IMG/VR virus record: IMGVR_UViG_3300050821_008714
Source: an uncultured virus (IMG/VR IMGVR_UViG_3300050821_008714)
Taxonomy: Duplodnaviria; Heunggongvirae; Uroviricota; Caudoviricetes
Length of the DNA stretch: 64,000 nucleotides
Reading direction: 5' to 3' (one strand)
Each line of letters starts with the position of its first letter. The stretch's first letter is position 1. The position numbers were made by a program, and so were the translations under genes. Below, piece after piece: positions 1 through 9,080 of this stretch. The notes beneath the pieces were generated by a model, which was given only the letters and a program-made list of their open reading frames with translations, ran no database searches and had not been told where the DNA came from.

Positions 1-510
1 GCCGACAGACACGGCACCGACGCTCTGGACAGGATCGTGCGCGGATCGGTGGCGCAGCACGACATGGTGCTGCTGCACGGGCGCGCGCAGCTGGGCCGCG
101 TGAAGCCCGGCGACCGCGTCCACGAGCCAGGTTTCCTGTCCACCACCACGGACGGGGCGACGGCCAAGACGTACGCCGGGGTCGGCAAGGGGGCGGCGGT
201 CGTCCGGGTGCGCCTGAAGAAGGGCGAGTCGGCCCTGTCCACCCGCGGCCTGTCGAGCAACCCGTCCGAGAAGGAGGTTCTGCTGCCCAAGGACCAGGAC
301 TACCGGGTCCTGAAGGTGCAGCAGGCCACCGGCCAGTACGGCCAGCCGATCCGCCTGGTCGATGTGGAAATCGACCACGGCGGGGGATCGGGAGCCACCG
401 GCGGCACCGGCGCCACGGCACTGTCCATGGAGCTAAAGCTGCACAATGGTCTACCAGGCGGTATCATGCCCCCAGAAACGATCTCTGCGCAGGCGCGCAC
501 GGGAGGATAG
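1..510 (+). CDS. C-terminal ADP-ribosyltransferase (VIP2/C3-like) domain of a head-module protein, 5'-truncated; probably a MuF/minor-head fusion
   Basis: Frame +1 is open from base 1; motifs MVLLHG, GFLSTT and SEKEVLLP correspond to the R/STS/ExE layout; lies between portal (window end) and protease. Confidence 0.8.
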   Translation, partial: ADRHGTDALDRIVRGSVAQHDMVLLHGRAQLGRVKPGDRVHEPGFLSTTTDGATAKTYAGVGKGAAVVRVRLKKGESALSTRGLSSNPSEKEVLLPKDQDYRVLKVQQATGQYGQPIRLVDVEIDHGGGSGATGGTGATALSMELKLHNGLPGGIMPPETISAQARTGG

Positions 511-515
511 GCCAC

Positions 516-1541
516 ATGGCGACGCACGCCGGAGCCCCACCGGGATCAGGATCCAACTTCGAGAAGCTGTCGGCAGCGCTGGCGGCCCGCGGGGCGCACA
601 ACCCCGACGCCCTGGCGGCGCACATCGGCCGGCAGAAGTACGGGCGCAAGGGCATGGCGAAGCTGTCGGCCACGGGCCACGCGCACAGCAGCGCCCTCGG
701 CCTGGCAGCTGGGTCCGAAGAGGGCGGCTACGAGCACAGCCACGTCGTGACGCACAGCCACGATTTCGCGTCGCTCGCGCACACGCACAACGGCACGGGC
801 GCCGGCTACCCATCCGGCGGCAAGATGGACGAGGGACAGGGCACGTCCGGCGGCGTGGGCGACTTCGAGAAGGGGTCGTCCAAGCTGCGCGCCCCGCAGG
901 CCGGCGACCAAAAGTCGACCGGCTTCCAGGGCCAGCGCCTCGGCGTCGGGGCGAAGGGCGGGAACTACGGCTCCCAGTCCAACACCGGCGGCCAGTCAAT
1001 CGGCCTGTCCAAGCGCCTTCCGGTGACCAGCCCGTGGGACATCCTCGTCAGCCGGGGAGCCGACGGCGTCGCACAGGTGCGGCACCGCCGCGGCGGCGTG
1101 GACATCGGGCAGATCAAGCGGCAGGAAGACGGCAGCTGGTCGGCCACCCCGTCCGGCGGCAGCCCGCTGCCCGGCAAGACGCACCAGCGGGCCGCGCTCA
1201 TGGATCTGCTCGGAACCTGGAACCGCGCGTCGACCACGCCCGAGCGGTCCGCCGTCCCCTACGCGCAGCCGCCCGAGCAGACGCCGCTGATGCAGAAGTT
1301 CGGCGTCCCGGCGATCAGCGCCCTGGCCACCCCGACCGTGTCGGCCGGAGACGGCCCGCGGCTGACGGCCATGTCCAGCGACGACACCTCCGGGGCAGAG
1401 CCCACGGACGGGCTGACGCCGAAGGGCAAGGCGATCTACGCCAAGCTGCGGGGACGCGGCTTCCCGGCCGACCGCGCGCTGGCGTTCGCCAAGCGCGCGC
1501 AGAACATGAGCGCCGGGAAGTTCACCAAGGCCTCGTCGTGA
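516..1541 (+). CDS. Hypothetical head-associated protein (341 aa)
   Basis: GGAGG RBS; stop overlaps the protease start (GTGA); His-rich patch and small basic helical domains at both ends. Confidence 0.75.
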   Translation: MATHAGAPPGSGSNFEKLSAALAARGAHNPDALAAHIGRQKYGRKGMAKLSATGHAHSSALGLAAGSEEGGYEHSHVVTHSHDFASLAHTHNGTGAGYPSGGKMDEGQGTSGGVGDFEKGSSKLRAPQAGDQKSTGFQGQRLGVGAKGGNYGSQSNTGGQSIGLSKRLPVTSPWDILVSRGADGVAQVRHRRGGVDIGQIKRQEDGSWSATPSGGSPLPGKTHQRAALMDLLGTWNRASTTPERSAVPYAQPPEQTPLMQKFGVPAISALATPTVSAGDGPRLTAMSSDDTSGAEPTDGLTPKGKAIYAKLRGRGFPADRALAFAKRAQNMSAGKFTKASS

Positions 1542-2719
1542 CCACGGCCGTCCTCACCCCGTTCACCGGCACGCAGGCCGTCGAGCTCGGCAACCGGGTG
1601 TGGCGCAAGCGCGTCCTGCCCGTCGGCGATGTCGACTACAAGGGCCGGACGCTGCACTTCACCCGGGACTACCTGGCCGGGCTGGCCAGGTCGTTCCAGG
1701 AGCGCGCCTATGACCAGGTGCCGTTCCAGCTGGCCGGGAGTGACAACAGCCACACCAACGATGTCGAGCGGTTCGGCGGCGAGATCACCGACTTCGAGGT
1801 GGCGGAAGACGGGCTGTATATCAAGCTCGCGGCCACCGAGCGCGGCGAGAAGGTCCTGAAGGAGAATCCGAACCTCGGAGTGTCCGCCCGGATCGTGGAG
1901 GACTACGCGCGCAGCGACGGCAAGTTCTTCACCGCCGCCGTCCAGCACGTGCTCGGCACGCTCGATCCGCGTATCCCCGGGCTCGGCGGATGGGAGGCCG
2001 TAGAGGCGTCCAACGACGCCGAGGCGGTCCTGGACCTTTCAACATTCAGTTTCACGGGCGAGGAGATGACCGTGTCTGGCGACCAGTTCACTGCCGAGGA
2101 GCGCGGTAAGCTCTCGAAGCTGCTGCAGATCCCCGAAGACAAGATCGACGCGCTCACGGCGCTCGCCGACGCGGACCTCAGTCTGCTGGCCGGCGACGGC
2201 GCCGACGCGGAGCTGACCGACGAGGAGCTCGCGCAGCTCATCGCCGAGATGCCCGACGAGGAGCTGGCCGCCCTGCAGGCCGAGTTCGAGGGGCAGGTGG
2301 CCGCCGCGGCTCCTGGCCTGTCGAACCAGGCCGCGATGGCGATTGAGATGGCCAACGTCCGCGCCGACGAGAACGCCCGGCAGCTCTCGGTGATCACCTC
2401 CGAGCTGGACACCCAGCGGTACGAGGCCGAGCGGGCGCGGCTCGTGCGCGACTCCGGCGTGCCGCCGTTCCTCGTGGAGCTGGCCCGGCCGCTGCTGGAA
2501 GGCACCGGCCACACCGTCGACCTGGCGAACGGCAAGGCGGTCGACGCCGGGCAGATCATGCGCAAGGTTCTGACCGAGTACGCCAAGGCCGCCAAGATGA
2601 TGGACCTGTCGGTCGAGCTGGGCTCGGCGATGGACGAGCCCGAGCAGACCGGCGCCGCCGCCCAGGAGCGCGACGAGGTCGTCTCCCGGGCCCGCATGCA
2701 GATGTTCGGGATCGGGTGA
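1538..2719 (+). CDS. Mu gpI-like prohead protease fused to scaffolding domain
   Basis: GTG at 1538; KRVLPVG..SHT..GEI..GLY..GVSARI..HVLGTLDPRIPGL protease core followed by an acidic helical scaffold. Confidence 0.85.
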   Translation: MTTAVLTPFTGTQAVELGNRVWRKRVLPVGDVDYKGRTLHFTRDYLAGLARSFQERAYDQVPFQLAGSDNSHTNDVERFGGEITDFEVAEDGLYIKLAATERGEKVLKENPNLGVSARIVEDYARSDGKFFTAAVQHVLGTLDPRIPGLGGWEAVEASNDAEAVLDLSTFSFTGEEMTVSGDQFTAEERGKLSKLLQIPEDKIDALTALADADLSLLAGDGADAELTDEELAQLIAEMPDEELAALQAEFEGQVAAAAPGLSNQAAMAIEMANVRADENARQLSVITSELDTQRYEAERARLVRDSGVPPFLVELARPLLEGTGHTVDLANGKAVDAGQIMRKVLTEYAKAAKMMDLSVELGSAMDEPEQTGAAAQERDEVVSRARMQMFGIG

Positions 2720-2723
2720 CCCG

Positions 2724-2927
2724 GTGGCACGCTACGTGGTGACCGTCCCGGTGACCGTCGCCGGGTCCGGGTACAACTCGCCGCCCCGGGTGGTCCACAA
2801 GAGCGAGGTGCTGGAGCTGAGCGCGGCCGAGGTCACCGCGATCGGCGCGGGCAACCTCCGTGCGGTGGCCGCGACGACCACGCACGAAACGTCCGGCGAG
2901 GCATTCGCCGTGGCCAACGGATTCTGA
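2724..2927 (+). CDS. Small virion-associated protein (TAIGAGNL family)
   Basis: Position in the head module; motif shared with 5690-6010 and 6947-7171. Confidence 0.7.
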   Translation: MARYVVTVPVTVAGSGYNSPPRVVHKSEVLELSAAEVTAIGAGNLRAVAATTTHETSGEAFAVANGF

Positions 2928-2940
2928 GGGGGCGGGAACT

Positions 2941-3186
2941 GTGGCTAGCGGCGATATCTGGGCGGAGTACACCGTCACCGTGGCGTCGAAAACGGACGAG
3001 GTGTCCACGTTCTCGTCAGGCGCATGGCAGAACGACCAACGCACACAGGTTCTGGACGGCGCGGCAGAGTCGGGTCCGGCAGGATCCATCCGAACGACCA
3101 CGATCGTGTCAGTCGATGAGATCGGTTACGAGGTCTTCATCCTGGACCCGTCCAAGTCGTACACGTTGACGATCACTGAGAACTGA
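2941..3186 (+). CDS. Hypothetical protein
   Basis: GTG at 2941 after a purine-rich RBS; fills the operon gap. Confidence 0.6.
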   Translation: MASGDIWAEYTVTVASKTDEVSTFSSGAWQNDQRTQVLDGAAESGPAGSIRTTTIVSVDEIGYEVFILDPSKSYTLTITEN

Positions 3187-3199
3187 GGAGGAGGAGCCG

Positions 3200-3700
3200 A
3201 TGTCTGCGGTTCTCCCGCACTACAAGCAAGGGCCGATGAACAAGCAGGTGTCCACGCTTGTCATCGGCGGAATGATCGTCGGCCCGACGACTCCAGGCTC
3301 ATCCACCGACCTGACCGTGGCACCGACGTCCACGGGCACCAACGCCCCGTACTACCTGGGTGTGGCGGGCAAGGACGCCAACACCATCGCGGTGCAGACC
3401 GGCGCGGCCAACGCATACGGCCAGCCCGCGATCGACATCTCCGTCCTGGACGACTACACGTCCGTCTACTACGGCATGGTCGATATCTGGGTCTGGTACA
3501 ACGGCATCGTGCCGGAGGGCATGGCCCTGATCATCAGCACCACCACACCGGGTACCGTGGTCACGGGCAGCGCCGTCACCGATCCGAAGCTGATCGTCGG
3601 CAAGTGCACGCATCCCGGCGGCGTCACGTCCGGCATGCTGGTCGCCAACACGCTGATCGGCGGCGGCACGTACTTCCTCGGCCGCGCCCGGATCTTCTAG
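3200..3700 (+). CDS. Capsid decoration/cement protein
   Basis: Strong GAGGAGGAGG RBS; beta-rich, 166 aa, directly upstream of the major capsid gene. Confidence 0.6.
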   Translation: MSAVLPHYKQGPMNKQVSTLVIGGMIVGPTTPGSSTDLTVAPTSTGTNAPYYLGVAGKDANTIAVQTGAANAYGQPAIDISVLDDYTSVYYGMVDIWVWYNGIVPEGMALIISTTTPGTVVTGSAVTDPKLIVGKCTHPGGVTSGMLVANTLIGGGTYFLGRARIF

Positions 3701-3713
3701 AGAGGAGTGACCG

Positions 3714-4625
3714 ATGCCTACTGGCGCTCGCGGGTACTCAGACTCACCGCGAATCACAGTCAACGAGCTGCTGAAGGACCCGCTGGTCATTCCTGCGCTC
3801 ATCCTGGACATCACGCAGAACGAGTTCATCGTGGACTCGGTCCTGCGCAACGGCGGCGCCGCACCGAGCGGCGCGGTCCGCTACTCGGAGTCGACGCCGC
3901 TGTACGCGGACGACTACCCCGAGGTCCGGCCCGAGTTCGGTGAGGTCCCGGTCGTGCCGACCAGCATCGGCATCCCGCGAGTTGTGTTCACCCACGAGCG
4001 CGCGATGGCGATCATGGTCTCCGATGAGATGCGCCGCCGCCAGACCATCGACCCAGTGACCCGGCAGCTGCTGCAGGTCAAGAACACGATGGTCTACTCG
4101 TGGAACACCGCGTTCTACTCGGCCGTCGTGGCGAACGCCTCAATCCAGACCCTGGCCGTGTCCAACGCCTGGGCCAGCGCCTCGGCCACGATCCGCGCGG
4201 ACATCGCGCAGGCCTGCTACCTGGTGGAGAACGCCAACATCGTAAGCCCGTCGGGCGTCACGCAGTGGCTGGGCTTCGAGGCCGACACGCTGATCATCAA
4301 CCACGGCACGAAGAACACGCTGCTGCAGTCCAGCACGTTCGCCGCGCCGTACATCGGCGACATCGCGTCGGAGAACCTGCTGTACACCGGCGTCCTCCCG
4401 CAGAAGATCTTCAACCTGGACGTGCTGGTCTCCCGGCAGGTCCCGGCTGGCAACGCGATCGTCATGCAGCGCAACCGCGCCGGTTTCTACGCGGACGAGC
4501 TGCCGTTCCTGGCCGGTCCGCTCTACCGCGACGAGCCGCGCAAGACCTGGCGCTCGGACACCCAGCGGGCCAGCGCCATCGGCCTTGACCAGCCGTACGC
4601 CGTCGCTCTGCTGTCGGGGGTCTGA
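3714..4625 (+). CDS. Major capsid protein (HK97 fold)
   Basis: 303 aa after protease/decoration genes; ITVNELLKDP..EFGEVP..VSDEMRRR..GLDQPYAV resemble actinophage capsid proteins. Confidence 0.85.
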   Translation: MPTGARGYSDSPRITVNELLKDPLVIPALILDITQNEFIVDSVLRNGGAAPSGAVRYSESTPLYADDYPEVRPEFGEVPVVPTSIGIPRVVFTHERAMAIMVSDEMRRRQTIDPVTRQLLQVKNTMVYSWNTAFYSAVVANASIQTLAVSNAWASASATIRADIAQACYLVENANIVSPSGVTQWLGFEADTLIINHGTKNTLLQSSTFAAPYIGDIASENLLYTGVLPQKIFNLDVLVSRQVPAGNAIVMQRNRAGFYADELPFLAGPLYRDEPRKTWRSDTQRASAIGLDQPYAVALLSGV

Positions 4626-4626
4626 C

Positions 4627-5022
4627 ATGCCCCGCTGGCAGGCGCTGATGAACATCTCGCTGCCCCGCAAGGGTGACGTGGACAAGCAGACCGACCTGAT
4701 CCCCCCGGGCGATACGTTCGAGGCGGACGAGGCCCGGGTGCAGAACCTGCTGAACCCGAAGTTCGGGCCGCCGCGGATCCGGCGCATCGAGGACCAGAAG
4801 CTGGAGATGCCGAACATCCTGCCGCGCATGGTCTCCAACCGGCAGTTCGGCCCTCCGGCCGGGGCCCGGCCGGACCCGGTCCAGTCCAGCGCCGTCCAGG
4901 TGCTGGAGAAGATCCCGGAGCTCACCGAACCGCAGCCGGACAGCGAGCAGAAGCCGGTGGAAGAGGCCGTCGACATCCCGCCAAGGCGCGTCCGCGCGCA
5001 GGCGGCGAAGGGGACAGGGTGA
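4627..5022 (+). CDS. Hypothetical head-associated protein
   Basis: ATG at 4627 immediately after the capsid stop. Confidence 0.7.
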   Translation: MPRWQALMNISLPRKGDVDKQTDLIPPGDTFEADEARVQNLLNPKFGPPRIRRIEDQKLEMPNILPRMVSNRQFGPPAGARPDPVQSSAVQVLEKIPELTEPQPDSEQKPVEEAVDIPPRRVRAQAAKGTG

Positions 5023-5030
5023 GGTGAGCC

Positions 5031-5690
5031 ATGGCGTCGTCGGGAATCCCGAGCGAGCCGGTGGCCGCCGTGGTGACCTGTCCGCGGTGCGGCACCCCTG
5101 TGCGGCGCAGCATGGTCAACATCAACGGCACCGTCTCCCGGTGCGCCGGGTGCGAGTGGCAGTTCACACCCGGTCTGGTGTCCGTCGGATCCGCACCCGG
5201 CGTCCCCGCCAGCGGCACGTCGACCACCAACCTGGTCACCAACAGCACGGGCTCGATCGTCATCGTCACCCTCAGCGGGTTCACGCTGACCTTCGTCTAC
5301 GTCAACGGCGTCCAGGTCGGCACCACCAACGCGGCGTACGCCGTGCCGGCAGGCGGCACCGTATCAGTCACCTACTCCGTGGCCGGCACCTGGACCTGGG
5401 TGCTGCCAGTCAGCAGCGGCTCTGTGGCGGCGGGCGCGGTCGCGCTCCCGGTCGCCGCAGGAGGCGCCTCGTTCATGGCCGGCGAGCAGCTGTACGTCAG
5501 CGACGCCGCGCTGTCGGAGATCGTGACTGTGGGAGCGGGCTCCACCGCGACCTCGATCGTCATCGCGGGGTCGGGATTCGCGAACGCCCACGGCAGCGCC
5601 AAGAGCTTCGGAGACCTGGTGCTCGTCCCCACGTACCCCAACGCGGGGGTCGGCGAAGCCGTCCCGGCGAAGGCCGGGTGGGGGTTCTGA
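5031..5690 (+). CDS. Zn-ribbon (CPRC..CAGC) plus beta-sandwich virion protein
   Basis: Two CxxC pairs; middle domain paralogous to 7171-7593. Confidence 0.7.
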   Translation: MASSGIPSEPVAAVVTCPRCGTPVRRSMVNINGTVSRCAGCEWQFTPGLVSVGSAPGVPASGTSTTNLVTNSTGSIVIVTLSGFTLTFVYVNGVQVGTTNAAYAVPAGGTVSVTYSVAGTWTWVLPVSSGSVAAGAVALPVAAGGASFMAGEQLYVSDAALSEIVTVGAGSTATSIVIAGSGFANAHGSAKSFGDLVLVPTYPNAGVGEAVPAKAGWGF

Positions 5691-6010
5691 TGACGATCAA
5701 CCGCTACCGGCTCACCTCGAAGGTCACGCTGCCCTCCGGAACGTTCCTTGCGGACGACAACAGCACCGGAACCGCATCGACCGCCGTCGGCGTCGGCGCT
5801 CCGGCCAACTTCGGCACCGGCAGCTTCGCCCAGGGATCGGGGAAATGGGGCAGCGGAGCAGGAGGAGCAGCCGGAGGCTCGACCACCTGGCTGCAGGGCA
5901 TGGAGCTGCTGCTCGATCCGACCGGTCCGCTTTACACTGCGATCGGCGCGGGCAATCTGGTGCAGATCACCGCAGTCGACGACGTCGGACATTCCGGCCT
6001 GAGCAACTGA
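5690..6010 (+). CDS. Small Gly-rich virion protein (TAIGAGNL family)
   Basis: TGATG overlap; MTINRYRL...YTAIGAGNL...GLSN. Confidence 0.7.
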   Translation: MTINRYRLTSKVTLPSGTFLADDNSTGTASTAVGVGAPANFGTGSFAQGSGKWGSGAGGAAGGSTTWLQGMELLLDPTGPLYTAIGAGNLVQITAVDDVGHSGLSN

Positions 6011-6021
6011 GAGGAGCGGAC

Positions 6022-6324
6022 ATGCCGACAGCGAACAAGGACGCGCAACCGGTCGAGGGTGAAGGTCAGAAGCCTGCGGCTTCGGACCCCCGCGACGCGC
6101 GGATCGCCGAGCTGGAGAAGCAGCTGGCCGAGATCAAAAGCCCCCGGGTCACCGTCACCGGCACCCCTGCGCGCCTGAAGGTGGAGGCGCCCCACTCGGA
6201 GATGCACTATGCCGGGCGGATCATCGGCACCGAGTTCACCGAAGTACCCGCGAGCATGGCCGCCTCGATCATGGAAGCAGCGGCCGACGCGGGCGTGACC
6301 CTCACCATGGATCAGGAGGGCTGA
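6022..6324 (+). CDS. Hypothetical protein
   Basis: GAGGAG RBS, ATG at 6022. Confidence 0.7.
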   Translation: MPTANKDAQPVEGEGQKPAASDPRDARIAELEKQLAEIKSPRVTVTGTPARLKVEAPHSEMHYAGRIIGTEFTEVPASMAASIMEAAADAGVTLTMDQEG

Positions 6325-6325
6325 C

Positions 6326-6934
6326 ATGCCCGGCGCGCCTCTTGTCTACTCACCGCCGAACTACACCACCACCAACGTGGTGTACGGGGCCGGCATCCTA
6401 TTCACCGCGGCCACCGGCACCGCGGTCCCGTCCGACCAGAACCTGGGCGTGGGCAGCGCGTGGACCGGCCTGGGCTGGGCGTACGTCGGCGCCACCGAGG
6501 CCGGGGTCACGGTCACGTTCAACCCGACAACGCAGAACATCATGATCGAGGAGCAGCCGACGCCGGTCGGCGTGGCCGTCAACACCGCCGACCTGCAGAT
6601 CACCACCTCGCTGACGGAAGAGACCCTGGCCAACGTCAATCTCGCCTACGGCAACTGCGGCACGATCGCGGTCACCCCGGCGGGGGCTGGCCAGCCCGGC
6701 AAGTCGGTGCTGACGCTGTCCACCACCTTCAACAACGTGGCCATCGCGGTCGTCGGCAAGAACCTGTACGGGTACGCCCGGGTGGTCTACGTCCCGACCG
6801 TCGTCTCCGCCGGCCAGGTGCAGACCGCCTACCGGCGCGCGGCCCAGCAGCGGGTCTACCCACTGACCCTGTCGGCCATCTGCCCGTTCAACCAGATCAC
6901 GTACACCGACCTGACGGCGGTTGCGACGTCGTAA
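6326..6934 (+). CDS. Major tail tube protein
   Basis: NVVYGAG..W..VGATEAGVT..IEEQPTPV..LTEETLANV pattern typical of actinophage tail tube proteins; 202 aa. Confidence 0.8.
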   Translation: MPGAPLVYSPPNYTTTNVVYGAGILFTAATGTAVPSDQNLGVGSAWTGLGWAYVGATEAGVTVTFNPTTQNIMIEEQPTPVGVAVNTADLQITTSLTEETLANVNLAYGNCGTIAVTPAGAGQPGKSVLTLSTTFNNVAIAVVGKNLYGYARVVYVPTVVSAGQVQTAYRRAAQQRVYPLTLSAICPFNQITYTDLTAVATS

Positions 6935-6946
6935 GGAGCATGCGCG

Positions 6947-7171
6947 ATGGGTGCCAACGTGCGGATGGTGAACACGGACACGGTGTTCACCTACGACGGT
7001 GCCAGCCAGCGGATCCAGGCGGGCACCCTGATCGACGTCCCTGCGGGCAGCGCGCTGGAGACGGCGATCGGGGTGGGCAACCTGACCAGCCTGTCCGTCT
7101 CTCAGGACACGATCGACGCCGGGGGCGACACGCCCCCGGACGACCCGGATGCGGGAGGAGGCACAACCTGA
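6947..7171 (+). CDS. Small virion protein (TAIGVGNL family)
   Basis: AAGGAG RBS; shared motif. Confidence 0.7.
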   Translation: MGANVRMVNTDTVFTYDGASQRIQAGTLIDVPAGSALETAIGVGNLTSLSVSQDTIDAGGDTPPDDPDAGGGTT

Positions 7172-7593
7172 TGTCGGTTCCCAGCCCGGCTTTCCCGTTG
7201 ACCACCGTCAAGGTCCCCAACACGACCGGCCAGTACGTGTGGGTGGCGCTCACCGGCGGCACGTCGACCTTCATCTACATCTACGACCAGTCGGGGAACC
7301 AGACGCAGGTCGGCACCACGACGCCGCAGAACGTCCTGCTGCCGCCGGGGTACTCGATCTCGGTCACCTTCTCGGCCGCGCCGACCTGGGCGTGGACCAA
7401 CCCGCAGAACGTGGCGGACTACCCGCCCGTCTACTCGCAGCCGAACCTGGTCACCGCGGCGGCCTCGCCGAACACCCTGATCCAGCAGCTGCCCGGCAAC
7501 GTCTACGCCCCGAGCCGCAGCCTGGCGGGCGGCACCGGCTGCTGGGCGGGCACCGCCTCGGCGGCCGGTCTCTCCGCGGGAGTGAGCAACTGA
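7171..7593 (+). CDS. Beta-rich virion protein, paralog of the 5031-5690 middle domain
   Basis: TGATG overlap; VPNTTGQYVWVALTGG..QVGTT..PPGYSISVTFS..TWAW. Confidence 0.7.
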   Translation: MSVPSPAFPLTTVKVPNTTGQYVWVALTGGTSTFIYIYDQSGNQTQVGTTTPQNVLLPPGYSISVTFSAAPTWAWTNPQNVADYPPVYSQPNLVTAAASPNTLIQQLPGNVYAPSRSLAGGTGCWAGTASAAGLSAGVSN

Positions 7594-7594
7594 C

Positions 7595-8143
7595 GTGACC
7601 ACCCTGTACGCATCGCTGGCAGACCTCCGGAACACCATGGACGGCACCGACTCCGGTACCGGCACCGCGGCGCAGCTGACCGACGCCCAGCTCACGCTGG
7701 CGCTGCAGGCCGCGTCCAACCGGGTCAGCATGTACGCGGGCAACGTCTTCGACTCCTCGTCGCCGCAGGCCGTACCGCCGGACATCTTCCATGACCTGAC
7801 CCTCGACCTGGCTGCGTTCTGGGCGACCGTCACCTACATGAAGAACAAGGCGATCGAGCCGACCAACCCGGTGTTCCTGCGGTACAAGGACGCCCAGGCC
7901 ATCCTCAACGACGTCCGCGACGGAAAGCTCCGGCTCGACGTCCAGATCCCCGGCAGCGTCGGCGAGGAGACCGGAGTAGTGATCAACAACATCCCGAACA
8001 TCTTCAACGGCGACGACTCGAACACCACGATCAACCCGATGACGGGCGGCCTGCAGGCCGACGTGCCGTCGGACATGTGGCGCCCGGGGTACGCGGACAT
8101 CGCCGAGCAGATGGGCGAGGGAAGCGCGTGGTACCAGGGATGA
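7595..8143 (+). CDS. Head-to-tail adaptor (Mu gp36/DUF1320-like)
   Basis: YASLADLR..AL.AASNRV..RYKDAQAILNDVRDGK signature. Confidence 0.8.
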   Translation: MTTLYASLADLRNTMDGTDSGTGTAAQLTDAQLTLALQAASNRVSMYAGNVFDSSSPQAVPPDIFHDLTLDLAAFWATVTYMKNKAIEPTNPVFLRYKDAQAILNDVRDGKLRLDVQIPGSVGEETGVVINNIPNIFNGDDSNTTINPMTGGLQADVPSDMWRPGYADIAEQMGEGSAWYQG

Positions 8144-8670
8144 CCGGGACGTTCGCCGAGCGGATCGCCGAGCTGCGAGACAGGACCGGCAGCCGGGAGG
8201 GCACGATCCGCGCCGTCGTCACCGTCGACCAGATCTACGCGCACTACCAGCACGAGCACCTGGAGTTCCACCACCCTCGCGGCGGCACGGCGAAGTTCCT
8301 CGAACGCCCGCTGATGGAGCACTACCGGGACTACCTGTCCGACTACGCGCGCACCGTGCTGGCCGACGGCGGCCAGGAGGCGATGAAGCGATCGGCCGAG
8401 CACCTGTCCGACCAGGTCGAGCTGACCTCGCCGCGCGAGTGGGGCGACCTGATGAAGTCCGGCCACCCGCAGGTGCAGCTCGGGCAGCGCACGGTCTACG
8501 ACCGGCCGCCGAAGGTGCACCGGCTCACCAAGGGCGAGCTTCGGATCAAGAGCCGCGCCATCCTCCGGGCACGGCTGGCGGCAGGCCTCACGGTCTACTT
8601 CATGCGCAACGGCAAGGTCATGCGCATCCCCGGCAAGAACGAGCCGCACCCGAAGCGCGGCCGGCTGTGA
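8140..8670 (+). CDS. Neck/tail-completion protein (HK97 gp10-like)
   Basis: YAHYQHEHLEFHHPRGGTAKFLERPL motif; ATGA overlap. Confidence 0.7.
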   Translation: MTGTFAERIAELRDRTGSREGTIRAVVTVDQIYAHYQHEHLEFHHPRGGTAKFLERPLMEHYRDYLSDYARTVLADGGQEAMKRSAEHLSDQVELTSPREWGDLMKSGHPQVQLGQRTVYDRPPKVHRLTKGELRIKSRAILRARLAAGLTVYFMRNGKVMRIPGKNEPHPKRGRL

Positions 8671-9077
8671 CCGCGCAGACGCAGGTCGTCATGGACTGGA
8701 TCGCCTCCCTCGGCTGGGACACCCGGCAGGAGGCGGGCTACCCGCTGCTGCCGGGCCCGGAGATCGTGGACGAGCCGGACAAAGCCGTGTTCGTCACCGG
8801 CAGCGGCGGCCCGGGCTACACCACCGAGGAGCCGGCCACCGACGCGTGGGCCTTCCAGGCCAGGGTCCGCGGGCCGTCCGACGACCCGCTGGCACCCGAG
8901 GACGCGGCACGGCAGCTGGACGCGCTGATCCTCGGCGCGAGCTTCCCGGCCACCGTGGACGGAGTGAAGATCGTGCACGTGCACCGGCTGGCGGGGCGCC
9001 CTTCACCGCTTCCCCTCGACCCGGCGGACCGCCGCTTCGAGTACACCTGCAACTACGTGATGATCGCGGGAGTGTGA
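8667..9077 (+). CDS. Tail terminator protein
   Basis: Position; FQARVRG..A..LD..I..D..RRFEYTCNY pattern. Confidence 0.7.
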   Translation: MTAQTQVVMDWIASLGWDTRQEAGYPLLPGPEIVDEPDKAVFVTGSGGPGYTTEEPATDAWAFQARVRGPSDDPLAPEDAARQLDALILGASFPATVDGVKIVHVHRLAGRPSPLPLDPADRRFEYTCNYVMIAGV

Positions 9078-9080
9078 GAC

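Noticed and set aside
446..1537. 757-aa ORF as an N-terminally extended protease
   Set aside because: The upstream part overlaps the real 516-1541 gene and is low-quality sequence; the true start is GTG 1538. Similar over-extensions were trimmed for many ORFs
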